The translations under genes and the position numbers were made by a program. Source: Filifactoraceae bacterium (lineage in GTDB: Bacteria; Bacillota; Clostridia; Peptostreptococcales; Filifactoraceae). Taken from it: DNA of 43,117 nucleotides. Each line of letters begins with the position of its first letter. Position 1 is the first letter of the stretch. The stretch lies in assembly GCA_041784625.1 (NCBI GenBank), contig JBHBDS010000036.1:1-43117 (forward strand). Reading direction: 5' to 3'. Positions 1 through 9,283 of the stretch are shown here, piece by piece. The notes beneath the pieces are model-generated. The model made no database searches. It worked only from the letters and a program-made list of their open reading frames with translations, and had not been told where the DNA came from.

Positions 1-108
1 CGATTGCAAAAATAATAAACAAAAAACCGATTATTGCGACCAAGGAAGAACTTGAACTCAATCCACGGTCGAGAAGCGCAAAACTTCGCTGCGCAAAAAG
101 GATTTAGC

Positions 109-708
109 ATGAGCAATAACAATTCCTATTCAGGCTACAAAAAAAGTCTGCAAGATGGCTCTAGAAAAAAATCGACGCTCAAAGAAAATTCGAGCACAAA
201 ACGAGCGACAACATCTGCAAGAGGAGAGCATTCTGCCTCTACAGGACAGTATTCCTCGGGACAAAAGAAATCTTCTACACCGAGAAAACCTGAGAAAAAG
301 AAAAAAAGAAATGCTCCTTCCAAAAATGTCCCGAGACTTACAAAAGAAGAGCAAAAAAAGCTGCGCACTCAGCAAAAACAAGAGCGAGCAATCGCACGAA
401 AAGAAGCTTGGGTGAGCTTTGCTGCGGCGCTCAAAGAATTTTTTGTGCGGATGGGAATGGTGCTGGCGGTATTGTTTATTATCGGCGGAATCATGGTGAC
501 GATCACGCTTAAATCGGAAATTGACATGCTGAAGTTTAAGAATAATGAGCTGAGCAGTCAGTTGGATCAGAAAAAAGAAGTCATCAAAGAGCTAAACTCA
601 AAAAAAGAGGCGACTTACAAGAGTGAAACAATCGAAAATCTTGCAAGGTATCGCTTAGGCATGGTTTATCCAACCAAAGAGCAGACCGTATATATTTATT
701 TGGATTAG
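109..708 (+). CDS. ftsL: Cell division protein FtsL-like (bitopic, with long basic N-terminal extension)
   Basis: The ORF track gives 34..708 (TTG), with an in-frame ATG at 109 preceded by AAAGGA. There is a single TM segment, GMVLAVLFIIGGIMVTITL, followed by a coiled-coil-like region. The C-terminal LARYRLGMVYPTKEQTVYI is typical of Firmicute FtsL. The gene sits directly upstream of the class B PBP, as in dcw clusters. The start (34 vs 109) is uncertain. Confidence 0.6.
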   Translation: MSNNNSYSGYKKSLQDGSRKKSTLKENSSTKRATTSARGEHSASTGQYSSGQKKSSTPRKPEKKKKRNAPSKNVPRLTKEEQKKLRTQQKQERAIARKEAWVSFAAALKEFFVRMGMVLAVLFIIGGIMVTITLKSEIDMLKFKNNELSSQLDQKKEVIKELNSKKEATYKSETIENLARYRLGMVYPTKEQTVYIYLD

Positions 709-717
709 AGGTGTATT

Positions 718-2859
718 GTGGCGAGTAACAAATTCAAAAAAATGGCTTTCAAACGAGTGCAGATTGTGAGCGCAGTGTACATTGTGCTGATTCTGCTATT
801 GATTGCGAATTTGGGCTATATACAAATTATCAACCCAGAAAAATGGACGGATCATGCGACAAGACAGCAGCAAAAAGACGAGCGTATTTTACCAAAGAGA
901 GGAACGATTCTCGATCGCAATGGCAAAATTCTTGCCGTGAGTATCAAAACCTATGATTTATGGATTGAAAAAATATATGTAAAAGATGCGTCAAAAGCAG
1001 CAGAGCTCCTCAATCGTGTTCTTGGGATTACGGACGAGGAATTTATGAGCAAGTTCAACGATGAGTCCAAGCGATTCGTTATAGCAAAAAATGTTCCGCA
1101 AGAAAAAGTGGACGAGCTCAAAGAAACGGATCCAATTTGGATAAAATATGAAGAAAATGCGCAGAGACTCTATCCTTATGGACAGTTTGCAGCGCATGTG
1201 CTCGGTCATGTGTCCAAAGACAATCATGGGCTCTCGGGAGTTGAAGCATCGCTGGACAGAGAACTGCGTGGAGTTTATGGTCGCAGAATTGTCATCCGTG
1301 ACAAGGCGAATCGAGAAATTCCTGATTCAGAGCTTCGTTTCAATGAGCCGATTGATGGTTACCAAGTCACGCTTACCATCGATGAAGTGATTCAGCGCTA
1401 TGTGGAAAAAGTGACCAATCAAGCGCTTGTCGAAACCAATGCAGTTGGGGTGACATCGATTGTTCTTAATCCAAAAACTGGCGAAATTTTGGCGATGGCA
1501 TCCAAACCCGACTACGATCCGAACCGTCCGAGCGAGGTACTTTTTCCAGAGCAGCAAAAACAATACGAAGAAGCGCAAACGCTTGAAGAAAAATCGGCGA
1601 TTGTCTACAAGCTGTGGCGTAATCCATCGGTGAACGATGTGTATGAGCCGGGTTCAACATTTAAGGTGATTACTGCTGCGACGGCAATTGAACAAAATCT
1701 AGTTCGCAGCGATGAAACTTTTTACGACAGTGGTTCAGTCACCATTCATGACCGCACAATCAAAAACTGGACTTCTGTGCCATATGGGCGAGTCGATTTT
1801 CGAAAGGCAACCGTCGAGTCCATCAATACGGTTTTTGTTGAGGTTGGGAAGCGAATCGGTGGAACAGAATTTTTGAAATATATTAATTCGTTTGGCTTTG
1901 GCAAAAAAACGGGCATCGAGCTTCCTGGTGAAGCAACAGGAATTATTTACAATGAAAAAAACCTGCGACCTGTTGAGCTTGCAACGATGTCATTTGGACA
2001 AGGGATTTCGGTCACGCCAATCCAATTGATTACAGCAGCGTCGGTGATCGCTAACGATGGAAAACTGATCAAACCAACTATCATCAAAGAAATTAGCACG
2101 GCAGATGGAGAAATTGTTCACCGTCACGAAATTGAAGTGGTGCGAAATCCGATTTCGGCCGATACCGCACAAAAAGTGATGGACATCATGGAGTCCGTTG
2201 GTCAAGCTGTCTCAAGAGCTCAGATCGAAGGCTATCGTGTGGCAGGAAAATCTGGAACGGCACAAAAAGTTGTCGATGGAAAATACGGCGCGTATATCGG
2301 ATCATTTGTCGGCATTGTTCCTGTAGAAGATCCGCAGCTCATTGTACTTACTATCGTGGATCAGCCGCGCGCTGGCGTTGCATACGGTGGTACGATTGCT
2401 GCACCAGTGGTAAAAAGCATCATGGAATACTCTCTTCGATACCTAGGAATCAACCCAGGCGGTATCGATGCTGCAGAGAATCAAAAAGTAACCATCCCAG
2501 AAATTCGAAATCTTTCTGTGGAGCAAGCGGGCAAATTGCTGGATGAAAAAAATCTTAGATATCGCTCGGCGACGGCATCCATTCCAGTGGAACCACAACA
2601 AATTGTCGTGAACTGTTTCCCAGCTCCAGGTGAAAAAATTGCACAAGGCTCTGAAATTATTCTCTACCTCAAAAACGAGGGCGAGGAAGTGGTGATTCCA
2701 GATATCAAAGGGAAGACGCTTGACGAGGCGAGTGTGATTCTGGAAGGATTGGGGCTAAAGCCGACATTCAACGGCGTTGGACTTGTAAAGGGACAGAGTC
2801 CAGCGGCAGGCACAAAAGTAAAAATTGGAACGATTGTAAGCTTGGATTTGGCAGAATAA
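718..2859 (+). CDS. ftsI: Class B penicillin-binding protein (PBP2B/FtsI/SpoVD type) with two C-terminal PASTA domains
   Basis: Transpeptidase motifs are present: SxxK (GSTFKV), SxN (ESINTV) and KSG (GKSGTA). An N-terminal TM anchor is present. Two PASTA-like repeats are seen (IPEIRNLSVEQAGKLLDEKNL... and IPDIKGKTLDEASVILEGLGL...). The start is GTG, preceded by GAGGTG. Confidence 0.92.
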   Translation: MASNKFKKMAFKRVQIVSAVYIVLILLLIANLGYIQIINPEKWTDHATRQQQKDERILPKRGTILDRNGKILAVSIKTYDLWIEKIYVKDASKAAELLNRVLGITDEEFMSKFNDESKRFVIAKNVPQEKVDELKETDPIWIKYEENAQRLYPYGQFAAHVLGHVSKDNHGLSGVEASLDRELRGVYGRRIVIRDKANREIPDSELRFNEPIDGYQVTLTIDEVIQRYVEKVTNQALVETNAVGVTSIVLNPKTGEILAMASKPDYDPNRPSEVLFPEQQKQYEEAQTLEEKSAIVYKLWRNPSVNDVYEPGSTFKVITAATAIEQNLVRSDETFYDSGSVTIHDRTIKNWTSVPYGRVDFRKATVESINTVFVEVGKRIGGTEFLKYINSFGFGKKTGIELPGEATGIIYNEKNLRPVELATMSFGQGISVTPIQLITAASVIANDGKLIKPTIIKEISTADGEIVHRHEIEVVRNPISADTAQKVMDIMESVGQAVSRAQIEGYRVAGKSGTAQKVVDGKYGAYIGSFVGIVPVEDPQLIVLTIVDQPRAGVAYGGTIAAPVVKSIMEYSLRYLGINPGGIDAAENQKVTIPEIRNLSVEQAGKLLDEKNLRYRSATASIPVEPQQIVVNCFPAPGEKIAQGSEIILYLKNEGEEVVIPDIKGKTLDEASVILEGLGLKPTFNGVGLVKGQSPAAGTKVKIGTIVSLDLAE

Positions 2860-2980
2860 TTTTTGGTAGAATAGCTTTTGGTAGAATAGCTTTTGGTAGA
2901 ATAGCTTTTGGTAGAATAGCTTTTGGTAGAATAGCTTTTGGTAGAATAATTCTTAGCAGAATAGTTTTTGGAAATTCACC
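2846..2980. repeat. 15-bp tandem repeat array (unit TTTTGGTAGAATAGC; 5 perfect plus about 4 degenerate copies)
   Basis: Five perfect head-to-tail copies span 2861-2935. Degenerate copies lie at 2846-2860 (overlapping the last PBP codons and the stop), 2936-2950, 2951-2965 and 2966-2980. There are no spacers between units. Confidence 0.95.
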
Positions 2981-3109
2981 CGATATTCTAGAATGTGTTC
3001 AAAAATATTCTCGAAAATAGTTCGCAAGATATAACCTATAGAATGTTCTTTTGAAAACAAATATTTGCTACAAAAATTGATGAGAAATCAGTGAAATTCG
3101 TGGAGAAAA

Positions 3110-4465
3110 ATGGAAAATATTACGATACAAGATTTAGTAGATTATACCAAAGGAAAGTTGTTATGCAATCTCGATGGCAACACGAAGATCGAGTTCATCG
3201 CAAATGACAGCCGTACACAGGGAAAAAACTGGGCATATCTCGCACTCCGAGGAGAACGTCTCGACGGACATGAGTTTGTTGAAGGAGCAAAAACAAACGG
3301 AGCCATTCTTTCGATTGTCGAAAAAGAAGGATTTGAAGATGGCCTCGTGGTGGAAGATAGTTATCTTGCGCTCAAAAATATTGCAACGGAATATCGCAAA
3401 CGATTTGATATTCCGACGGTGGCGATTACAGGAAGCTCTGGAAAAACGACAACCAAGGATATGGTGTATTTTGCGCTCAATGAATCGGAAAAGTCACTCC
3501 GAAACATCGGAAATCTGAACAGTGAGATTGGACTTCCGATGACCGTGCTCAACTTGGACAAGAGTCATAAGATCGGGATTTTTGAGATGGGGATGTATCA
3601 TCTCGGCGAGATCGATTATTTGGCAGAAATTGTCAAGCCCAATATTGGGATCATCACTAATGTTGGGACAGCGCACATTTTGAATCTAAAAACGAGAGAA
3701 AATATTCTCAAGGCAAAACTGGAAATTGCAAACTATATGTGTAAATCGGATCACCTGCTGATCAACGGGGATAATGATTTACTCCAAAGTGTAAAACAAG
3801 AAAATCTTGAGCCGAAACTATACAAATTTGGCTTGAACAATACGAATGATATTTACGCAAAAAAATATGTTTTTTTGGATGGTAGAACAAAAATCTGCGC
3901 CAAAATTTTGGATGAAGAAATTGAATTTACCATTCCAGCGATTGGCGAGCACAATATTCTCAATGCACTTAGTGCGTTAGGCGTTGCAAAAATTTTGGGA
4001 CATAATCTCATAGTCGCAGCAAATGGTCTTGCGAAATATCAAGCATCAAAATATCGAATGGAAAAAAGTGAAGTGGGCGAAAAAACCATCATCAATGACA
4101 GCTACAATGCGAATCCTGATTCGATGCGTGCGGCATTGTCCACGCTGAATTATCTATCGGCAAAGCGCAGAGTGGCAATTCTTGCGGATATGCTTGAACT
4201 TGGAGACGAGTCGCCAAAATATCATACCGAAATTGGAAAATTTGCAGCAGAGAGTATAGATTTTCTGATTGCAATCGGAAATGAAGCAAGATACTTCATC
4301 GATGGCGCAAAGGAAGCGGGAATGGATGAATCTTGCTTGCAATATTTTGAGAATAACGAGCAGGCGATGGAACATATCAATTCGCTGCTCAAGGAGGGCG
4401 ACGGCATTTTGATCAAAGGCTCTCGAGGGATGAAACTAGAGGAGGTTGCAGAGAAAATCTGCTAA
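3110..4465 (+). CDS. murF: UDP-N-acetylmuramoyl-tripeptide--D-alanyl-D-alanine ligase
   Basis: Carries the Mur ligase P-loop ITGSSGKTTTKDM and the MurF-type NDSYNANPDSMRAAL motif. It lies in a dcw cluster directly upstream of mraY. Confidence 0.9.
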   Translation: MENITIQDLVDYTKGKLLCNLDGNTKIEFIANDSRTQGKNWAYLALRGERLDGHEFVEGAKTNGAILSIVEKEGFEDGLVVEDSYLALKNIATEYRKRFDIPTVAITGSSGKTTTKDMVYFALNESEKSLRNIGNLNSEIGLPMTVLNLDKSHKIGIFEMGMYHLGEIDYLAEIVKPNIGIITNVGTAHILNLKTRENILKAKLEIANYMCKSDHLLINGDNDLLQSVKQENLEPKLYKFGLNNTNDIYAKKYVFLDGRTKICAKILDEEIEFTIPAIGEHNILNALSALGVAKILGHNLIVAANGLAKYQASKYRMEKSEVGEKTIINDSYNANPDSMRAALSTLNYLSAKRRVAILADMLELGDESPKYHTEIGKFAAESIDFLIAIGNEARYFIDGAKEAGMDESCLQYFENNEQAMEHINSLLKEGDGILIKGSRGMKLEEVAEKIC

Positions 4466-4469
4466 TACG

Positions 4470-5426
4470 ATGAAAAATATTATTATTGTTGGAATCATTT
4501 CGCTTGCAATTGCACTATTCATTGGCCCAATTGTGCTGCCGATACTGAAAAAACTCAAATTCGGGCAGACGGTTCGTGACGATGGTCCTCAGTCGCATCT
4601 TCAAAAAAATGGAACACCGACGATGGGTGGATTCATTTTTATCATTGCAATTACCATTGCATCTTGCGCGGCAATTTTTCTTGGATTTGCGCCGCTGGAG
4701 ATTAGCGTGGGCGTTTTGTCGATGTTGCTGTTCGGCTTGGTAGGGTTTGTCGATGATTATATCAAGGTGATTCGCAAACAATCGCTGGGACTCCGAGCAA
4801 AGCAAAAAATCGTAATGCAATTTGTTTTTTCTCTCATTATTGCGTTGATCCAGTTCAAAATTTCCGAAAATGGTTCATCGATCTACGTTCCTTTTATCAA
4901 AACTTATTGGAACATCGGGATTTTGTATATTCCTTTCATTATGTTTGTCATTATCGCCGTAGTGAACTCCGTCAATCTTACCGACGGGCTCGACGGATTG
5001 GCAAGCTCGGTGACGATTTTTGTGGCGGCAGGTTTTGGGGTGATCGCTTATCGACTGGCACATTATCCATTGCTTGCATTTTTGGCGGCGGTAATTGGCG
5101 GCTGTATCGGATTCTTGCGATTCAACAAATATCCTGCAAAAGTCTTTATGGGAGATACGGGCTCGATGGCGCTGGGTGGAGCAATCGCTGCTGCAGCAGT
5201 GTTGATGAATATGGAGCTAATTGTTCCGATTCTTTGTATTGTCTACTTTATGGAAAGCGTGTCGGTGATTATTCAGGTCACTTATTTCAAGCGAACTGGA
5301 AAGAGATTTTTTAAGATGGCACCAATTCACCATCATTTTGAAAAAATGGGCTGGCATGAGACAAAAGTTGTCGCAGTTTTTGTAATGATTACAATCGTCA
5401 TGAGCATTATTGGGATTCTCATTTAG
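4470..5426 (+). CDS. mraY: Phospho-N-acetylmuramoyl-pentapeptide transferase
   Basis: Polytopic membrane protein with MraY motifs (NSVNLTDGLDGLA, MGDTGSMALGG, APIHHHFE). The ORF track starts at TTG 4446, and the in-frame ATG at 4470 (MKNIIIVG...) is preferred. The start is uncertain. Confidence 0.9.
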   Translation: MKNIIIVGIISLAIALFIGPIVLPILKKLKFGQTVRDDGPQSHLQKNGTPTMGGFIFIIAITIASCAAIFLGFAPLEISVGVLSMLLFGLVGFVDDYIKVIRKQSLGLRAKQKIVMQFVFSLIIALIQFKISENGSSIYVPFIKTYWNIGILYIPFIMFVIIAVVNSVNLTDGLDGLASSVTIFVAAGFGVIAYRLAHYPLLAFLAAVIGGCIGFLRFNKYPAKVFMGDTGSMALGGAIAAAAVLMNMELIVPILCIVYFMESVSVIIQVTYFKRTGKRFFKMAPIHHHFEKMGWHETKVVAVFVMITIVMSIIGILI

Positions 5427-5437
5427 CTGGAGGAGCT

Positions 5438-6802
5438 ATGGATTTATCAAGTAAAAAAGTTTTGGTCATCGGACTTGGCAAAAGTGGGACGGGACTCGTA
5501 GAATTTTTGAATCGTCATGCAAAAAGCGTGATTGCATTTGATTCCAACGAATCAGTGAAAGAGCATTATTCAATCGACAACTATTCGAATGTAGAATTTT
5601 TCTTTGGGAAAAATCCAAGCGGAGAAGAATTGGTTGATTTGGTGGTCATTTCGCCTGGAATTCCGCTCGATTTACCTTTTGTACAAAGGTTCTATGATCG
5701 AAAAGTCAAAGTGATTGGCGAGGTGGAGCTTGCATATCAATCAGCAAAAGGGAGATTCGTCGGCATCACGGGAACCAATGGCAAAACCACGACGACAGCG
5801 CTTACGGGAGAAATTTTCAAAAATGCTGGACACGATACGAGAGTGGTTGGGAATATCGGCAATCCGATCATTTCAGAAGTAGAAAGTTCGACTGACGAAA
5901 CGGTTTTTGTTGCAGAGCTCAGCAGTTTTCAGCTGGAGACGATTGATCAGCTGCATTGTCATTCGGCAGTTATTATCAACCTCACCCCAGACCATCTCAA
6001 TCGTCACAAAACGATGGAGAACTATGTTGATGCCAAACTGAGAATTTTTGAAAACCAGGACAAAAATGATTTCTCCATCATCAACTTGGATGATCCGTAC
6101 TGTGATGAGATTGAGGAAAAGACAACAGCGGAAAAAATATTTTTCTCCTCCAATGAAGATCTTTCCACTAGTCATTTGGAAAAAACTCTGTCCATCAGCG
6201 ATGATGTGATCATCTATAAGGATGCAACCGATCTACATAAAGTAGTGGAGCTCAAAGATATTTTTCTAAAAGGAAAGCACAATTACGAAAACATTTTGGT
6301 TGCGTCGGCGCTTGCGATTTCATTTGGAATCGATGTAGAAACGATTGCTGAAACCGTGAGAGAATTCAAGGGAGTAGAACATCGTTTAGAATTTGTTCGT
6401 GAGCTTGGCGGCGTAAAATACTACAATGACTCCAAAGGTACGAATCCCGATGCATCCATCAAAGCGATTGAGGCACTGGAGAAGAATATTATATTAATCG
6501 CAGGAGGAATGGACAAGAAGTCTGAATTTGATTCCTTCGTCAGTTTGTTCCCTCAAAGTGTAAAATATGTTCTTCTTTTGGGAGAAACAAGACAAATAAT
6601 AGCGGATAGCTTGGATAAAATTGGATTTACAAAATATTCTTTCGTCAATAATATGGATGAGGCAGTGAGGAAGGCGAATGAAATGGCATCAGCGGGAGAC
6701 CAAGTGCTATTGTCACCAGCTTGTGCTTCGTGGGATATGTATTCCTGTTTTGAAGAAAGAGGAGATCATTTCAAAGGTTTAGTGAATAGATTGGAAGAAT
6801 AA
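5438..6802 (+). CDS. murD: UDP-N-acetylmuramoylalanine--D-glutamate ligase
   Basis: Has an N-terminal Rossmann-like VLVIGLGKSG and the Mur ligase P-loop GITGTNGKTTTT. It holds the canonical position between mraY and ftsW. The RBS is GGAGGAG. Confidence 0.9.
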   Translation: MDLSSKKVLVIGLGKSGTGLVEFLNRHAKSVIAFDSNESVKEHYSIDNYSNVEFFFGKNPSGEELVDLVVISPGIPLDLPFVQRFYDRKVKVIGEVELAYQSAKGRFVGITGTNGKTTTTALTGEIFKNAGHDTRVVGNIGNPIISEVESSTDETVFVAELSSFQLETIDQLHCHSAVIINLTPDHLNRHKTMENYVDAKLRIFENQDKNDFSIINLDDPYCDEIEEKTTAEKIFFSSNEDLSTSHLEKTLSISDDVIIYKDATDLHKVVELKDIFLKGKHNYENILVASALAISFGIDVETIAETVREFKGVEHRLEFVRELGGVKYYNDSKGTNPDASIKAIEALEKNIILIAGGMDKKSEFDSFVSLFPQSVKYVLLLGETRQIIADSLDKIGFTKYSFVNNMDEAVRKANEMASAGDQVLLSPACASWDMYSCFEERGDHFKGLVNRLEE

Positions 6803-6803
6803 A

Positions 6804-7988
6804 ATGCGTGGTAGATTTTTTGTGAAAGGGCAATGGGATTGGAGACTCGCAACTGCCGTATTTTTGATGGCGATCTTTGGTCTTGTCATGGTATATAGCT
6901 CGAGCTATTTTATCATGGGTTACGAATACGGCGATCCGCAACGATTGATGATCAAGGAAACGGCATTTATTCTCATCGGACTTGGAGTGATGTGGGCGGC
7001 AAGTCACATTGACCATCGGCTGATTCGAAGATGGGCGGTTCCAATTAACATCATGGCGGTCATCTTATATTTTTTGCTGCTTACTCCGCTGGGCGTGGCT
7101 CACAAAGGAGGATTGCGCTGGGTAGCAATTCTTAAATGGGCAGGGATCGACTCTTTGACGATCATGCCATCCGAAGTCGCAAAATACGCTGGAATCATTG
7201 CACTGGCAACGGTGCTTACGGCAAAAGGACACGAAAGATTTTCGAAAGCTTGGTGGTTTTTGGTGATCTGTCCGCCAATTTATATCGTTGCAACGCTTTT
7301 GCAGCCCGATCTATCAACAGCGATTGTAATTGTAGTGGCGTATGTTTCGACATTATTCTTCGCTGGACTCAATATGATGTATATTTTTGCAGCAGGTGGA
7401 GCAGGAGTTTTTGCGGTAATCGGACTGATCTTGACGCAGGGCTATCGTATGCGAAGGATTCAAGCCTTTATCGATCCGTTTTCCGATCCGTTGGATAAAG
7501 GATATCAAACGCTCCAATCACTTTTTGCGGTGGCATCGGGAGGACTGTCAGGTGTGGGTCTTGCAAATGGGAGACAAAAAATGCTTTATCTTCCGCTCTC
7601 CTACAACGACTATATTTTTTCGATCATTGCAGAGGAACTTGGATTTATCGGCTGTCTTGCATTGGTATTTATTTTGTCCTTGCTTGTGCTGAGCGGCTAT
7701 AAAGTGACAGCGAATGCGCCAGATAAGTTTTCTACTTTCCTTGCGGGCGGAATCATTTCGCAAATTGCCGTGCAATCGATTATGAATATGTATGTATCGG
7801 TGAATATGGTGCCAAGTACAGGCATTCCTTTCCCGATCATTAGCTACGGAGGAACATCATTGGTTCTAACACTAACCGCTTTGGGATTGGTGCTCGGGAT
7901 TTCGCGTCATGAGAACAAACAAAAACCAAAAGCATATGCGAATGTGGAACAAAAAAATTACCACTCATTAGAAAGGGCAAAAAGATAA
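6804..7988 (+). CDS. ftsW: SEDS-family peptidoglycan glycosyltransferase FtsW/SpoVE
   Basis: Membrane protein with about 10 TM segments and SEDS motifs (PSEVAKY, GLANGRQK, LPLSYNDYIFS, PFPIISYGGTS). It lies between murD and murG. Confidence 0.88.
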   Translation: MRGRFFVKGQWDWRLATAVFLMAIFGLVMVYSSSYFIMGYEYGDPQRLMIKETAFILIGLGVMWAASHIDHRLIRRWAVPINIMAVILYFLLLTPLGVAHKGGLRWVAILKWAGIDSLTIMPSEVAKYAGIIALATVLTAKGHERFSKAWWFLVICPPIYIVATLLQPDLSTAIVIVVAYVSTLFFAGLNMMYIFAAGGAGVFAVIGLILTQGYRMRRIQAFIDPFSDPLDKGYQTLQSLFAVASGGLSGVGLANGRQKMLYLPLSYNDYIFSIIAEELGFIGCLALVFILSLLVLSGYKVTANAPDKFSTFLAGGIISQIAVQSIMNMYVSVNMVPSTGIPFPIISYGGTSLVLTLTALGLVLGISRHENKQKPKAYANVEQKNYHSLERAKR

Positions 7989-9082
7989 TGCGAGTTATTG
8001 TAACAGGCGGAGGAACGGGAGGACATATCTATCCTGCGCTGGCAATTGCCGATAAATTTGTTGAGAAATATTCGGATGCAAAGATACTTTATATTGGAAC
8101 GCCGAATAGTCTGGAAGAAAAAATTGTCACTCGATATGGTTATGACTTTAAGTCTATTGTGGTGAAGGGTTTTCAGCGAAGATTGAGTGTCGAAAATGTC
8201 AAGCGAGTTTTTATGGCGAGCAAAGCGATTTCGGATGCAAAAAAAATCATCGACGAATTCAAACCTGATGTAGTGATCGGAACGGGAGGATATGTTTCTG
8301 GACCCGTCGTTTATGCAGCGAGTCGAATGAGGGTGAAAACTTTTATTCACGAGCAAAATGCTTATCCAGGGATCACGAATCGCATCCTTTCCAAACGAGT
8401 GGATAAAATATTTCTCGGATTTGATGGTGCGAGAAATCATTTTAAGACCAAGGTAGAACTTCGTACGGTAGGAAATCCTGTTCGAGAAGGGATACTCAAT
8501 CCAAACACTAGAGAAAAGGCGCGAGAAATATTAAATCTTGCACAGGATCAAAAATTTGTGCTCGTATCGGGAGGCTCTTCGGGATCAAGCGCAATCAATC
8601 AGGTGTTTGCTCAGACCATTCCAACACTCGTGAGCCATGATATTGGATTTATTTTTTCTACAGGCAAAGCGCATTATGAAAAAATGATGGAACAAATCGG
8701 TCATTTAGCAAAAGAAAATAAATTTATGATCGTAGATTATATTGAAGATATGTCCAACTACATTGCTGCGAGTGATGCTTGTGTGATTTCGGCGGGAGCG
8801 ATGACCATTGCGGAAATCAATGCGGTAGGAAGAGCAAGTATTATCATTCCAAAAGCATATTCCACCGAGAATCATCAAGAAGTCAATGCAAAAAATATCC
8901 AAGATAATGGCGCCGGATATTATATTCGAGAAAATGATTTGAAACAAGAAAATCTCTGGGGACTTTTGCAGGAAATTTTGTACAAAGAAGAGTTTCGATT
9001 GGGAATGGAAAAGAAGAGTAAGGATTTGTACAACATTGATCCATGCGAGGCGATTGTCACTGAAATTCAAAGGATGTTGTAA
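7988..9082 (+). CDS. murG: Undecaprenyldiphospho-muramoylpentapeptide beta-N-acetylglucosaminyltransferase
   Basis: Carries the N-terminal GGTGGHIYPALA motif and the C-terminal GAMTIAE motif. Its start overlaps the ftsW stop (TAATG). Confidence 0.9.
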   Translation: MRVIVTGGGTGGHIYPALAIADKFVEKYSDAKILYIGTPNSLEEKIVTRYGYDFKSIVVKGFQRRLSVENVKRVFMASKAISDAKKIIDEFKPDVVIGTGGYVSGPVVYAASRMRVKTFIHEQNAYPGITNRILSKRVDKIFLGFDGARNHFKTKVELRTVGNPVREGILNPNTREKAREILNLAQDQKFVLVSGGSSGSSAINQVFAQTIPTLVSHDIGFIFSTGKAHYEKMMEQIGHLAKENKFMIVDYIEDMSNYIAASDACVISAGAMTIAEINAVGRASIIIPKAYSTENHQEVNAKNIQDNGAGYYIRENDLKQENLWGLLQEILYKEEFRLGMEKKSKDLYNIDPCEAIVTEIQRML

Positions 9083-9090
9083 GAACTAGA

Positions 9091-9122
9091 AGTAAAAGTA
9101 AAAGTAAAAGTAAAAGTAAAAG
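9091..9122. repeat. Hexanucleotide microsatellite (AGTAAA)x5
   Basis: Five perfect head-to-tail AGTAAA units begin 9 nt after the murG stop, in the 190-bp murG-ftsQ spacer. Confidence 0.9.
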
Positions 9123-9283
9123 GCTTATCCTTTGCGATAGAAGAAAAAATACGTTTTTTGAAGCGATAGAAGAATATTATTGTTCCATTAGTGTGGACGT
9201 GATTTCTTCTATTGGTCAATAAATTGTGGCAATAATCTTCATGCAAAAGGCTGGAACAATTTTTTGTATGTATGGGAGTAAAG

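Noticed and set aside
2846-2980. Possible CRISPR array
   Set aside because: The 15-bp units are directly adjacent with no unique spacers. The unit is far shorter than CRISPR repeats, and no cas genes lie in the window. It is classified as a simple tandem repeat.
4907-5314. 135-aa plus-strand ORF in an alternative frame within mraY; similar cases are 11709..12056 within sbp and 9226..9513 overlapping the ftsQ start
   Set aside because: These are out-of-frame overlaps with genes that carry clear family signatures. They are Cys/Arg-rich improbable sequences.
7958-8440. 160-aa ORF on the minus strand
   Set aside because: It is antisense to the murG N-terminal domain, which carries the GGTGGH motif on the plus strand. 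It is a shadow ORF.
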